Below, piece after piece: positions 23,688-36,409 of a stretch of 64,000 nt of DNA; the first letter of the stretch is position 1; the number at the start of each line of letters is the position of its first letter. This stretch comes from Eledone cirrhosa. Lineage: Eukaryota. Location: the NCBI GenBank assembly GCA_964016885.1, contig CAXHJY010000488.1, forward strand, positions 1-64,000. The letters run 5' to 3'. A program made the translations under genes and the position numbers. The notes under the pieces are model-generated. The model worked only from the letters and a program-made list of their open reading frames with translations, did not search any database and was not told where the DNA came from.

Positions 23688-25308
23688 AGGTGCATTATTG
23701 GTTGTGTAAAATGGTCCAATAACTTTATGTTAGCAATATTAAGTTCTCAACCCTTTAGTATATCTCCAATTGCATTCAAGGGAACAGCTAGATGATGTAA
23801 AACGGAGTATAAGTATCAAAATGAAAATCCGAAGGCAAGGAAAAATTCCAATCATTTAATCACGACACATGTTTCAATAAGAGATAGATCGATTGTGAAG
23901 CCATGATCGATTATCGCTGATCTCATCAGGTGAAAATGAATTGTCTTCAAATTCTTGATATGAGGGAGAAAAAATAACAATGTTCTCTCACAGAATTCAT
24001 TCCCTTATATGGAGACACACCAGTCAGAGACACGGCGACTGCTATTAACTTCAGTTGAGGTCATAAAAGTGTTCAGCTTTCTATCACTGCAAAAGACGCT
24101 GGACATCAATCAAATCTGTAGGGATACAGTCAGTCACAGTTAAAAGTGAGTGGGTACTCACACACTCCACACCCACATGCATCGGCTCGAGGTCAAAGAA
24201 AAATATATACATATATATACACACATCAACACAGTATTAAACCCGTAGAATTAGCGTGGGTGGGTACACACACACTTTCACACACACCGAAGCGATGCCC
24301 GAGAAAAAAACAAATATAATAAAACAAATATAAGAATGTACCAACACAGCACTCACCGAAAGTTAGTTCACAAAGCAACAGAAGCTATGTCGGTCAAATC
24401 TCAATTTGACGATGTAAATTGCAAATATTGGGTTAACCAACGCCCCACACGTACACACACACCCACACACACACAAGGATGTGTGTAGGCCCATTAATGG
24501 TGTGTCAGTATTATTGTTCCATCCGTAACAGTGAGTCCTCCATGGTTAGATGATCACGCATCAAAACCTGGTGTAGTGTTCAGTCGGTAGGAACGTGACA
24601 GTCGTAATTGTGGGAGCTCAATGTCTAAAGGAAACGGGTACTGTGTGTAGAGCTATGTATAGAGAGCGTAATCGGTCCTAACTAAGTGTGTAATCAATAT
24701 TTCCAATTTACATCGTCAAATTGGGATTTGACCGACATAGCTTCTGTTGCTTTGTGAACTAACTTTCGGTGAGTGCTGTGTTGGTACATTCTTATATTTG
24801 TTTTATTATATTTGTTTTTTTTTCTCGGACATCGCTTCGGTGTGTGTGAAAGTGTGTGTGTACCCACCCACGCTAATTCTACGGGTTTAATACTGGGTTG
24901 ATGTGTGTATATATATGTATATATTTTTCTTTGACCTCGAGCCGATGCATGTGGGTGTGGAGTGTGTGAGTACCCACTCACTTTTAACTGTGACTGACTG
25001 TATCCCTACAGATTTGATTGATGTCCAGCGTCTTTTGCAGTGATAGAAAGCTGAACACTTTTATGACCTCAACTGAAGTTAATAGCAGTCGCCGTGTCTC
25101 TGACTGGTGTGTCTCCATATAAGGGAATGAATTCTGTGAGAGAACATTGTTATTTTTTCTCCCTCATATCAAGAATTTGAAGACAATTCATTTTCACCTG
25201 ATGAGATCAGTGAGAATCGATCATGGCTTCACAATCGATCTATCTCTTATTGAAACATGTGTCGTGATTAAATGATTGGAATTTTACCTTGCCTTCGGAT
25301 TTTCATTT

Positions 25309-25313
<5 letters not shown>
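23685..25313. mobile_element. Fold-back element: ~615-bp inverted arms (23814-24430 / 24696-25313), ~265-bp spacer, (TA)n on both sides, hammerhead near each outer end
   Basis: Near-perfect reverse complement of the arms; the left arm has an extra ~130-nt outer extension. Confidence 0.8.
25187..25275 (+). ncRNA. Type I hammerhead with long stem II (mirror copy 23852-23939, minus)
   Basis: UCAUUU-UCAC-CUGAUGA-GAU...AUCGAU..AUCGAU...AUU-GAA-ACAUGUGU-C-GUGA-UU-AAAUGA; GUC site at 25261-25263. Confidence 0.68.
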
Positions 25314-25382
<69 letters not shown>

Positions 25383-25458
25383 TTAATATTAATATAGATG
25401 AGATTCTACAGGACTAGAAGGAGGTAACCACAGAGGTAACCCGGAATAACGTATATAT

Positions 25459-25552
<94 letters not shown>

Positions 25553-25683
25553 GTGAGGTTTTTTTTTACAAAATGAAAAATAACCGAGGTGTCCTACACG
25601 AGTGAAAGTATAAGGAAAAAAGATGAAATCGAAAATGCAACTGGAGTCTTTTTTTTATAAAAACATATATATTTATTTGGTTC

Positions 25684-25719
25684 CTTTACCGGTTTCGCAG
25701 TTCTTCTGCTTTTCAAAAG
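25684..25719 (-). ncRNA. Minimal hammerhead with U3-A8 variant core
   Basis: CUU-UUGAAAA-GCAG(AAGAA)CUGC-GAA-ACCGGU-A-AAG; palindromic stem III; lies in a ~325-bp island between (TA)n runs. Confidence 0.65.
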
Positions 25720-25868
25720 TGGAGTTGAGATGGAGGGTCTGTGGTTTTTCTCACATCTGGTTGGTCTTTGAATGTTACTTCTGTTTTATATGGGAAAAAG
25801 TGGCTCGAAATGCCAGGTTTTTAGAGAAGTAATTTGGTTGGTTGGTGAATAAGTATAATAAATTTCGC

Positions 25869-25908
<40 letters not shown>

Positions 25909-25912
<4 letters not shown>

Positions 25913-26095
25913 GGGAGGGTCATATTGTAATAATATTGCCAGAAATAATAACAGAACACACTCACTGTGTGGTTGGTTTTCGCTTCTGTATCTTTTATAT
26001 CTCCGTAGTTAATCTATTTGGCAATCAATGTTTATCATTGATTGACCAACGGTTAAAAATACAGATATAAATATATATATAGTCTATCAAAGTTA
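25909..26095 (-). mobile_element. Diverged third copy of the 8.4 kb PLE terminal repeat
   Basis: TTGGGGAGGGTCATATTG..AACAGAACACACTCACTG..; abuts (TA)n. Confidence 0.65.
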
Positions 26096-26100
26096 TATAT

Positions 26101-27062
26101 ATATATGAAAAACATGGGGAGAAGAATACTGCATGGTTGCACATGGATTACATAGTATAAAATTAGTCCCTCATCAGTGATTTGCCAACGATCATTGGTA
26201 TTTCATCGCATTAAAAATCATATACCTCAGGTTGGTGCGAGCAATAACTAAAATAAGCTATTGGGACAAGTAAAACGCGTAAAGCGAGTGAGACAAGTAA
26301 ACAACATAGAAGGAAAAGCTAACCAAAGATGGGAAGAAAAACAAGCAACATGGTTATCCGATCAGCATAAGCTGGGTGAATTTCATGAGCGCTCAGCAAA
26401 CAGACCTTTCGCTGTGAATGGGATGTGAGAAAGAAAGAATCCGACTCCTAGCGAACGGGAGGAAGTGAGAAGGGGAGAAACAGAGAGTGAGTGAGTGGAA
26501 GTGCGAGGAAGAGGTCAGTCGAGAGAAAGTGTTAACTGACAGAGGGGACGAAAGAAGGTAAGAGAAACAGAGAGAACGGGGGAGCAGTAAGAGAGAAAGA
26601 GAGAAACAGATAATCGCAGTTTAGGTAAATATATGAAAAACATGAGGAGAAGAATACTGCATGGTTGCACATGGATTACATAGTATAAAGTTAGTCCCTC
26701 ATCAGTGATTTGCCAACGATCATTGGTATTTCATCGCATTAAAAATCATATACCTCAGGTTGGTGCGAGCAATAACTAAAATAAGCTATTGGGACAAGTG
26801 AAACGCGTAAAGCGAGTGAGACAAGTAAACAACATAGAAGGAAAAGCTCACCGAAGATGGGAAGAAAAATAAGCAACATGGTTATCCGATCAGCATAAGC
26901 TGGGTGAATTTCATGAGCGCTCAGCAAACAGACCTTTCGCTGTGAATGGGATGTGAGAAAGAAAGAATCCGACTCCTAGCGAACGGGAGGAAGTGAGAAG
27001 GGGAGAAACAGAGAGTGAGTGAGTGGAAGTGCGAGGAAGAGGTCAGTCGTGAGAAAGTGTAC
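26101..27062 (-). repeat. Partial tandem (about 1.8 x 528 bp), relative of 11993-12765
   Basis: ATATGAAAAACATG recurs at ~26103 and ~26631; shares TCACTGATGAGGGAC and CACTCGCTTTACGCG with the 12 kb repeat. Confidence 0.75.
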
Positions 27063-27100
27063 CAATATATCATAACTCGTGTGTTACACCTCTGTTCTTT

Positions 27101-27153
<53 letters not shown>

Positions 27154-27704
27154 TTTATATATGTATATGTGCGTGTGTGTGTGTCTGTGCGTATTCATAG
27201 AAAATGTAGGAAACTCAGACACATAAATAATTAACTGTAAACACTGCTGCTATAAATGATAATTTATATTGATAATCGGGCGAATACCTCCATAGACGGA
27301 AAATTAATGGTTAGTAGCCGCCTACAAGAATCAAGCCTCGCATCTGTCAGATACTCTTTCTCTCTCTCTCTCTTGCCCTCTTTATGTGTCTGTCTTCGTC
27401 ATCTCTTTCTTTTTCTCATCCTTCCTTTCTGTCACTCACACTCTCTTTCTCTCTCACTCGCTCTTCCTGTCTCTCACCCTCTCTTTCTCTCTCCATTAGA
27501 ACCTCTCTACGCCCGCAACATCTGCTAAAGTACAGATTATCCTAATGGCGATTTCTTCTAGAAAATTGACCAAAAGGAATTAGTCAGAAATATCAACAGA
27601 AAAACAACCTTCTTAACACAAGATCCCACCCACCCCCTCCGTCTGTGGAGAATTACATCAACATTCAGAGAACAACAAGAAACAACAACAACAACATCAA
27701 CAAT

Positions 27705-29110
27705 AATAATTGTTTCTACTATTGGCACAAGGCCATCAATTACCCAGTAAATTACTGGTACTTTATTTTATCGACCCCGTAAGGATGAAAGGCAAAGTTA
27801 ACCTCGGCGGGATTTGAACTCAGAATGGCAAGGGCCGTAACTCTATGCGTCAAAGCAAGGCAACCGGCCCTCTACCGATACTGCCAATTCACAATAATGG
27901 TTTCTTATATAGGCACAAGGCCAGCAATTTTGGGGGAGGGGAAAGTCGATTAAATCTACCACAGTACATTACTGGTACTGTATTTTAGCGACCCCGTAAG
28001 GATGAATGCAAAGATAACCTCGGCAGGATTTGAACTTAAAGGGCCGTAACTCTATGCTGTGAAGCATGGTGTCCGACTCTCTACCGAATAATAATAATTG
28101 TTTCTACTTTTGGCACAAGGCCAGCAATTATATCAGTGTATTACTGGTACTGTATTTTATCGACCCCGTTAGGATGAAAGGCAAAGTTAACCTCAGGGGG
28201 ATTTCAACTCAGAATGGCAAGAGCCGTAACTCTATGCTGCAAAGCATGGCGTCTGACCCTCTACCGATACTGCCAATCCACCGCCAACAATAATAATTGT
28301 TTCTACTTTAGGCACAAGGCCAGAAATTACCCAGTGCATTACTAGTACTTTATTTTATCTACCCCGTAAGGATGAAAGGCAAAGTCAACCTCGGCGGGGT
28401 TAGAACTCAGATCGTAAAGGGACGTAACTCTATGCTGGAAAGTATGGCGTCCGACCCTCTACCGATACTGCCAATCCCCCACCCATGGCGTCCGACCCTC
28501 TACCGATACTGCTAATCCCCCACCCATGGCGTCCGACCCTCTACCGATACTGCCAATCCCCCACCCATGGCGTCCGACCCTCTACCGATACTGCTAATCC
28601 CCCACCCATGGCGTCCGACCCTCTACCGATACTGCCAATCCCCCACCCATAGCGTCCGACCCTCTACCGATACTGCCAATCCCCCACCCATGGCGTCCGA
28701 CCCTCTACCGATACTGCTAATCCCCCACCCATGGCGTCCGACCCTCTACCGATACTGCCAATCCCCCACCCATAGCGTCCGACCCTCTACCGATACTGCC
28801 AATCCCCCACCCATGGCGTCCGACCCTCTACCGATACTGCCAATCCCCCACCCATGGCGTCCGACCCTCTACCGATACTGCCAATCCCCCACCCATGGCG
28901 TCCGACCCTCTACCGATACTGCCAATAATGGTTTCTAGTATAGGCACAAGGCCAACAATTTTGGGGAGGGGAAAGTCGATTAAATCGACCCCAGTATGTT
29001 ACTGGTACTTTATTTTTTCAACCTATTAAGGATTTCAACTCAGACCGAAAAGGGCCGGAACTCTATGCGGCAAAGCATGGTGTCCGACCCTCTACCGAAT
29101 AATAATAATA
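27705..29110 (-). mobile_element. Tandem array of about five tRNA-headed Nin-domain-type SINEs with (TTA)n tails
   Basis: Minus strand carries A-box TGGCAGTATCGG, B-box GAGTTCAAATCC and core GCCTTTCATCCTTACGGGGTCGATAAA..GTACCAG; ~190-bp period. Confidence 0.8.
28444..28925. repeat. 41-bp minisatellite (~11.7 copies) derived from the SINE head
   Basis: Unit ATGGCGTCCGACCCTCTACCGATACTGCCAATCCCCCACCC; starts at 28444, 28485 and onward. Confidence 0.92.
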
Positions 29111-29240
29111 ATACCTGGTAGTTTTTGACATGGAAAAAGATCTTGCTTGATTATAGATGTAGCTTGGCCTGTGACACAATAGTGCCAGAAAAGGAGGAGG
29201 AGAAGAATAACTGATTGCAGGATTTAAAGTGGGAAGTGAA

Positions 29241-30850
29241 GGTGTGTGTGTGTAAGTGTAGATGTGAGTGTGCGTGTGTATGTGTAGATGTGAGTGTGTA
29301 TGTGTATGTGTGGATGTGAGTGTGTGTGTGTATGTGTAGATGTGAGTGTGTGTGTGTGTGTATGTGGATGTGAGTGTGTGTGTCTGTATGTGTAGATGTG
29401 AGTGTGTGTGTGCATGTGTAGATGTGAGTGTGTGTGTGTGTATGTGTAGATGTGAGTGTGTGTGTGTATGTGTAGATGTGAGTGTGTGTGTGTGTGGATG
29501 TGGATGTGAGTGTGTGTGTGTATGTGTAGATGTGAGTGTGTGTGTGTATGTGTGGATGTGAGTGTATGTGTGTATGTGTAGATGTGAGTGTGTGTGTGTA
29601 TGTGTAGATGTGAGTGTGTGTGTGTGTATGTGTAGATGTGAGTGTGTGTGTGTATGTGTAGATGTGAGTGTGTGTGTGTGTGTGTATGTGTGGATGTGAG
29701 TGTGTATGTGTATGTGTGGATGTGAGTGTGTGTGTGTATGTGTAGATGTGAGTGCGTGTGTGTGTAAGTGGATGTGAGTGTGTGTGTGTGTATGTGTAGA
29801 TGTGAGTGTGTGTGTGTATGTGTAGATGTGAGTCTGTGTGTGTGTATGTGTAGATGTGAGTGTGTGTGTGTATGTGTAGATGTGAGTGTGTCTGTGTGTG
29901 TATGTGTAGATGTGAGTGTGTGTGTGTATGTGTAGATGTGAGTGTGTGTGCTGTGTATGTGTGGATGTGAGTGTGTGTGTGTATGTGTGGATGTGAGTGT
30001 GTGTGTGTATGTGTAGATGTGAGTGTGTGTGTGTGTATGTGTAGATATGAGTGTGTGTGTGTATGTGTAGATGTGAGTGTGTGTGTGTATGTGTAGATGT
30101 GAGTGTGTGTGCTGTGTATGTGTGGATGTGAGTGTGTGTGTGTATGTGTAGATGTGAGTGTGTGTGTGTATGTGTAGATGTGAGTGTGTGTGTGTATGTG
30201 TAGATGTGAGTGTGTGTGCTGTGTATGTGTGGATGTGAGTGTGTGTGTGTATGTGTAGATGTGAGTGTGTGTGTGTGTATGTGTAGATGTGAGTGTGTGT
30301 GTGTATGTGTAGATGTGAGTGTGTGTGCTGTGTATGTGTGGATGTGAGTGTGTGTGTGTATGTGTAGATGTGAGTGTGTGTGCTGTGTATGTGTGGATGT
30401 GAGTGTGTATGTGTGGATGTGAGTGTGTGTGTGTATGTGTAGATGTGAGTGTGTGTGTGTATGTGTAGATATGAGTGTGTGTGTGTATGTGTAGATGTGA
30501 GTGTGTGTGTAGATGTGTAGATGTGAGTGTGTGTGCTGTGTATGTGTGGATGTGAGTGTGTGTGTGTATGTGTAGATGTGAGTGTGTGTGTGTATGTGTA
30601 GATGTGAGTGTGTGTGTGTATGTGTAGATGTGAGTGTGTGTGCTGTGTATGTGTGGATGTGAGTGTGTGTTTGTATGTGTAGATGTGAGTGTGTGTGTGT
30701 ATGTGTAGATGTGAGTGTGTGTGCTGTGTATGTGTGGATGTGAGTGTGTGTGTGTATGTGTAGATGTGAGTGTGTGTGTGTATGTGTAGATGTGAGTGTG
30801 TGTGTGTATGTGTAAATGTGAGTGTGTGTGCTGTGTATGCGGATGTAAGT
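29241..30850. repeat. GT-rich minisatellite, unit about (GT)nATGTGTAGATGTGA, ~28-32 bp
   Basis: Direct inspection. Confidence 0.92.
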
Positions 30851-31081
30851 ATGAGAGTGAACACTATTCTTCTGTACGTTAAGTGGGGCATGTCTAAACA
30901 CATCTGACTGATAAAATGACAAGTCAGTCAATCATATTGGTGGCCTCCCCACAGCCCCGGCCGACAGAATGGAGAAGGCGTTTCCTCGGAGGACGGCAAG
31001 AGAGAGGCGCTGGAAAAGCCATTCCAGCTCGCGGGGATCACACTTGCGGCTGGCCAGTTCAGCGCCTATGGAGGGGGGGGT

Positions 31082-31715
31082 ACAAGGCCAACAATTATCT
31101 CAGTGCATTACTGGTACAATAATAATAATAATAATTTCTACTATAGGCACAAGGCCAGAAATTTTGAGGGATGGTAAAGTCAATTCAATTGATCCCAGTG
31201 CATTACTGGTACTGTATTTACCGACCACGATGGAAGGTAAAGCTAACCTCGATGGGATTTGAACTCAGAACGTAAGGGGCCGTAACTCTAAGATGCAAAG
31301 CATGTCCGACGCTCTACCGATACTGTCAATCGACTGCTTTCCTTTATTGGCCACAAGGACCAACATATAGGGGACAATACTAATACTGGGACAGTGGGGT
31401 TTACAATAAAATTGAGTAAAAGTTACACAGTAACAATTAAAATAATGACAATAGTTGTTTCTAATTTGGCACAAGGCAAGCAATTATACCAGTACATTAC
31501 TGGTACTTTATTTTATCGACCCGTAAGGATGAAAGGCAAAGTTACTCTCCACGGGATTTGAACTCAAACCGTAAAGGGACGTAACTATGCTATAAAGCAT
31601 GGCGTCCAACCCTCTACTGATACTGTCAATTCACCAGGATTTGAATTCAGAATGGCAAGGGCCGTGACTCTATGCGTCAAAGCATGGCGTCCGACCCTCT
31701 ACCGATACTGCCAAT
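31082..31715 (-). mobile_element. Further copies and fragments of the same SINE
   Basis: GGCACAAGGCC..ACTGGTAC..GGATGAAAGGCAAAG..GATTTGAACTC..CTACCGATACTG. Confidence 0.75.
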
Positions 31716-31729
31716 AATAATAATGATAC

Positions 31730-31815
<86 letters not shown>

Positions 31816-32413
31816 TAAAAAGCAACACAAGCACATTGATGTAGTTGTCTGTTGTCTGAGCAGCTTTAAATACATAAATCCTATTTCCCACGCAGATTAT
31901 TGAAATTGTTTAAATTGCAGCAAGCGATGGGCATCTGAACACAGCGAAAAGATTCTAAGATCGTCTCTAAATGATTGAAAATTAAGTTTCTTTGTTGGTA
32001 CATTTATCGGCTGTGTCTTCTAGTAGAAGTGATGTTTAAAAGGTTATAGCAAACACCAGTAGCTACTTTCATTTCTATTGTGGGTGTCTGAAGTAGTTAA
32101 TGACGTGGGGCAAGGGGACATCCTTGGCAATATGTCTGAATTAATGAATTGTTGAGTCAAGAGATAGAGAAATGGAAGCCGACGTTGCATGTACTACAGC
32201 TACATCACAATAAATAGCTAACCTTTATACCATTACACACACATATATACATACATATATACATACATATATACATACATATATACATGCATACATACAC
32301 ACATATATACATACATATATACGTATACACACACATACATACATACACACATACAGACATAGCTATATACATATATACACACATATATACATACATACAT
32401 ACATACATACATA

Positions 32414-33018
32414 CATGGTGGCTGCCAACTCGTTTTCGAGTACGGCCACTACTTTATATCCATGTAGGAGAACCCCTACCGATGCGCTGAACGAGTGTGA
32501 CTTTTTAGTCCAGCCAGCGACTTGAAAACTCCGGTACAAACACTACACTTGTGACAATTATTGACACATAGTGCTGGGCCCATGGTACCATGTGATGACA
32601 AGTGCAGAGAGATCTCCAGACATAAAGCAATGCCTGTGCCGTGAAGCTTTTATAGTGAGCAAAGGCACTGCACAAAGCCAGTCCCACTCTCTTAATAAAG
32701 ATGATATTTACCAAAAAGGAGAACAAGTCAACATCATTGGATACCATCAGGGTTGCAGGTATTATATCAGAGTTTTCCTTCTCCTAGAATTCTGCCTTGA
32801 CAAAAGCTAAGGGGTCATCTCTCCCAGTGATTTTGGATGGCCATTGACTCTTAAGAGCTCCTTTGCCCTTTGACAGGTTTTGTTTTTAGTCCTGCAGGAT
32901 GTCCAAAGTCACCCTCCTCACCAAGATACCTTCGTAGGGTTGCCAGTTTAGTCGCCAACGACCCGACCATGGGACAGGTTGTACTGGGATACATGTTACC
33001 AGTAGCACCAACTGGTGC
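32414..33018 (-). mobile_element. Non-autonomous RTE derivative, copy 2
   Basis: Reverse complement of 6196-6758; embedded in (TACA)n. Confidence 0.82.
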
Positions 33019-33145
33019 TACTGTATACATACATATATATATACATACATACATACATATATATATATTCATACATACATACATACATACATACATACAT
33101 ACATACATACATACATACATACATACATACATACATACATACATA

Positions 33146-33756
33146 CATGGTGGCTGCCAACTCGTTTTCAAGTACGGCCACTACTTTATATCCATGTAGG
33201 AAAACTTCTACCGATGCGCTGAACGAGTGTGACTTTTTAGTCCAGCCAGCGACTTGAAAACTCTGGTACAAACACTACACTTGTGACAATTATTGACACA
33301 TAGTGCTTTACCTTTGGTACCATGTGACGACAAGTGCAGAGAGATCTCCAGATATAAAGCAATACCTGTGCCGTGAAGCTTTTATAGTGAGCAAAGGCAC
33401 TGCACAAAGCCAGTCCCACTCTCTTAACCAAGATGATATTTACCAAAAAGAAGAACAAGTCAACATCATTGGATACCATCAGGGTTGCAGGTGTTATATC
33501 AGAGTTTTCCTTCTCCTAGAATTCTGCCTTGACAAAGGCTAAGGGGTCATCTCTCCCAGTGATTTTGGATGGCCACTGACTTTTAAGAGCTCTTTTGCCC
33601 TTTGACAGGTTTTGTTTTTAGTCCTGCAGGATGTCCAAAGTCACCCTCCTCACCAAGAAACCTTGGTGGGGTTGCCAGTTTAGTCGCCAACGACCCGACC
33701 ATGAGACAGGTTGTACTGGGATACATGTTACCAGTAGCACCAAGTGGTGACCTGAC
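33146..33756 (-). mobile_element. Non-autonomous RTE derivative, copy 3
   Basis: As copy 2; 5' end (minus) GTCAGGTCACCAC. Confidence 0.82.
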
Positions 33757-33787
33757 ATACATACATACATACATACATACATACATA

Positions 33788-34965
33788 AACTTCTCAGTGT
33801 TACTGGGAACTTTAACATCAATGGTGATGTGGATAGGCTATACTTCTCACGCAAGGAAGGTGGCCGGGGTCTAAAATCAATATTAACAACATATGAGACC
33901 TGGATAGTAACACTGAAGCAACACCTTCAACAGAGGAAAAAGGTTGGCAACCATCTTGTCCAGGTTTATGAGCATGAAAAAAAAAATATCATTAGAATAG
34001 CGACTGATCTGGAGGAGAGATATGGAATAAAGCCTGATATAAATCTCTCACCCAGAGAAATCGGAAGATCCTATTCAATGTTCAAACAAGATAAAAAAAT
34101 TGACCAATTTACAGAAAAAGTTGTGCATAGATACTTGAGACGTAAAACTCAGACCATAGAGGGGATAAACCACTCAAAAAGCCTGGCATGGAGTTCCGAC
34201 AAGTTTATGACATCACACCTTGAGGGATATCTCTATGCAATACAGGAACAAGAACTCCCTACCAAATATCTGCTGCATAAAAGAGGAGGGCCAGCAGCTG
34301 ACAATAAATGTAGGCTATGTAAAACAAAGATCGAGGATGTAAGCCACATTGTTGCCAGCTGCGAAAGAATGTCATCTCGCTACTACCTCCCCATGAGACA
34401 CGATGGGATAGCTAGAACCATCTGGAACGCACTTCGGAAAACAAAATTAACAACAAACGAGGAAGAATATATTGAGACAGATGGCACTAAGGAATACTGG
34501 TGGAACCTGAAAATAAAAACTGCCACCAAATTAAAGCACAACCGGCCTGATATTGTTGTTTGGGACCACACATTGAAAACGTGTTCTGTTGTGGAGATCA
34601 GCTGCCCACTTGATGTAAACGTTGTCAGAAAAATACAGGAGAAGGAGGACATTTACGGACCATTGATGAGGAGTTTACAAATCCAGTATCCAAGATAGAC
34701 CTTTAGCTTCATACCCATCATTATTGGAACTACGGGTTATATACCAACCCGCTTGGACCAAAGTATGACTGAACTTGGATTTGCGGACAAAAAGCGCAGC
34801 TCCCTAATTCATAGTCTACAAATGGCTGCGATAGCTGGCACCTTCAAAATTTGCAAAACATTCTTGCGATTCAAGGGATGATAATTTCTTTTCTTTTACA
34901 ACCTTGCCACCAGGAAGGTGGCCGGTCAAAAAAAATATACTCGAAATTAAGAGAAAGAGATAAAT
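33788..34965 (+). mobile_element. 5'-truncated RLE-type non-LTR element (CCHC + RLE; premature stop at 34698) in (TACA)n
   Basis: DRLYFSRKEGGRGL; CRLCKTKIEDVSHIVASC; RHD; NRPDIVVWD..VEISCP. After the stop the frame continues FIPIIIG..KICKTF. Confidence 0.82.
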
Positions 34966-34976
34966 ATACATACATA

Positions 34977-35587
34977 CATGATGGCTGCCAACTCGTTTTC
35001 GAGTACAGCCACTACTGTATATCCATGTAGGAGAACCCCTACCGATGCGCTGAACGAGTGTGACTTTTTAGTCCAGCCAACGACTTGAAAACACTGGTAC
35101 AAACACTACACTTGTGACAATTACTGACACATAGTGCTGGGCCCATGGTACCATGTGACGACAAGTTCAGAGAGATCTCCAGATATAAAGCAATGCCTGT
35201 GCCGTGAAGCTTTTATAGTGAGCAAAGGCACTGCACAAAGCCAGTCCCACTCTCTTAATCAAGATGATATTTACCAAAAAGAAGAACAAGTCAACATCAT
35301 TGGATACCATCAGGGTTGCAGGTATTATATTAGAGTTTTCCTTCTCCTAGAATTCTGCCTTGATAAAAGCTAAGGGGTCATCTCTCCCAGTGATTTTGGA
35401 TGGCCATTGACTCTTAAGAGCTCCTTTGCCCTTTGACAGGTTTTGTTTTTAGTCCTGCAGGATGTCCAAAGTCACCCTCCTCACCAAGAAACCTTGGTGG
35501 GGTTGCCAGTTTAGTCGCCAACGACCCGACCATGAGACAGGTTATACTGGGATACATGTTACCAGTAGCACCAACTGGTGACCTGAC
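34977..35587 (-). mobile_element. Non-autonomous RTE derivative, copy 4
   Basis: Same 5' end as copy 3; (TACA)n on both sides. Confidence 0.82.
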
Positions 35588-35954
35588 ATACACATACATA
35601 CATACATACATACATACATACATACATACATACATACATACATACATACATACATACATGCATACATACATGCATACATACACACATACACACATACATA
35701 TATACATACATACATACACACATACATATATACATACATATATACATACATACATACATGCATACGTACCTACAGTCGATGAAACAAAGGTATTAACACA
35801 CACACACACACATATATATATGTGTGTGTGTATGTGTATATATATATATGAAATGCATATATATGAATGTATATACATATGTATATACATGCACACACTC
35901 ACACATAGACACACACTTATACAGACATATGTATATATATAGAAAGAGAGAGAG

Positions 35955-36069
35955 AGAAGAAGAAGAAGAAGAAGAAGAAGAAGAAGAAGAAGAAGAAGAA
36001 GAAGAAGAAGAAGAAGAAGAAGAAGAAGAAGAAGAAGAAGAAGAAGAAGAAGAAGAAGAAGAAGAAGAA
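35955..36069. repeat. (GAA)n microsatellite
   Basis: Direct inspection. Confidence 0.95.
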
Positions 36070-36318
36070 CTAATCTGGTCAGACAATAGATAGGAAAAGT
36101 CGATGAATAAAGGAAGAGACTGTATTGAATTAAATTTGATTTGGTGAGAGAAGACAATAAATGTATTTCACAGTCTTATAGAAACTAGAGTTACTAATTC
36201 TCTATGATAGAAATAGATTTGAATGGCTCCACCGGACATACAGACATATATCGGCAATCGCTCTGTATAATCAGTTCCTGATTATTACTGGAATTCTATA
36301 AGAATCCAGCTTCTATAA

Positions 36319-36409
36319 TTTTCGGCAAAGGTCGGCCAGTGCTAGGCTCTGATGAACACCAAAAGTGTGAAACAGATCTGTCAGCTTATCTCCCTTCCTT
36401 TGCCGAAAA
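36319..36409 (+). ncRNA. Type I hammerhead ribozyme, fully canonical core
   Basis: UAGGCU-CUGAUGA-ACAC(CAAAA)GUGU-GAA-ACAGAUCUGU-C-AGCUUA; GUC site 36380-36382; distal helix UUUUCGGCAAAGG/CCUUUGCCGAAAA. Confidence 0.85.

Noticed and set aside
30935-31080. GC-rich patch as a possible host exon
   Set aside because: No recognisable protein similarity or supported splice structure; probably a transposon scrap.
35495-35587. HDV-like ribozyme at the 5' end of the RTE derivative (GG-GUCG UUGG CGA-CUAA-ACUGG resembles P1.1/P4/J4-2/P2)
   Set aside because: I could not build convincing P1 and P3/L3 by eye. A descriptor search on the family consensus would settle it.
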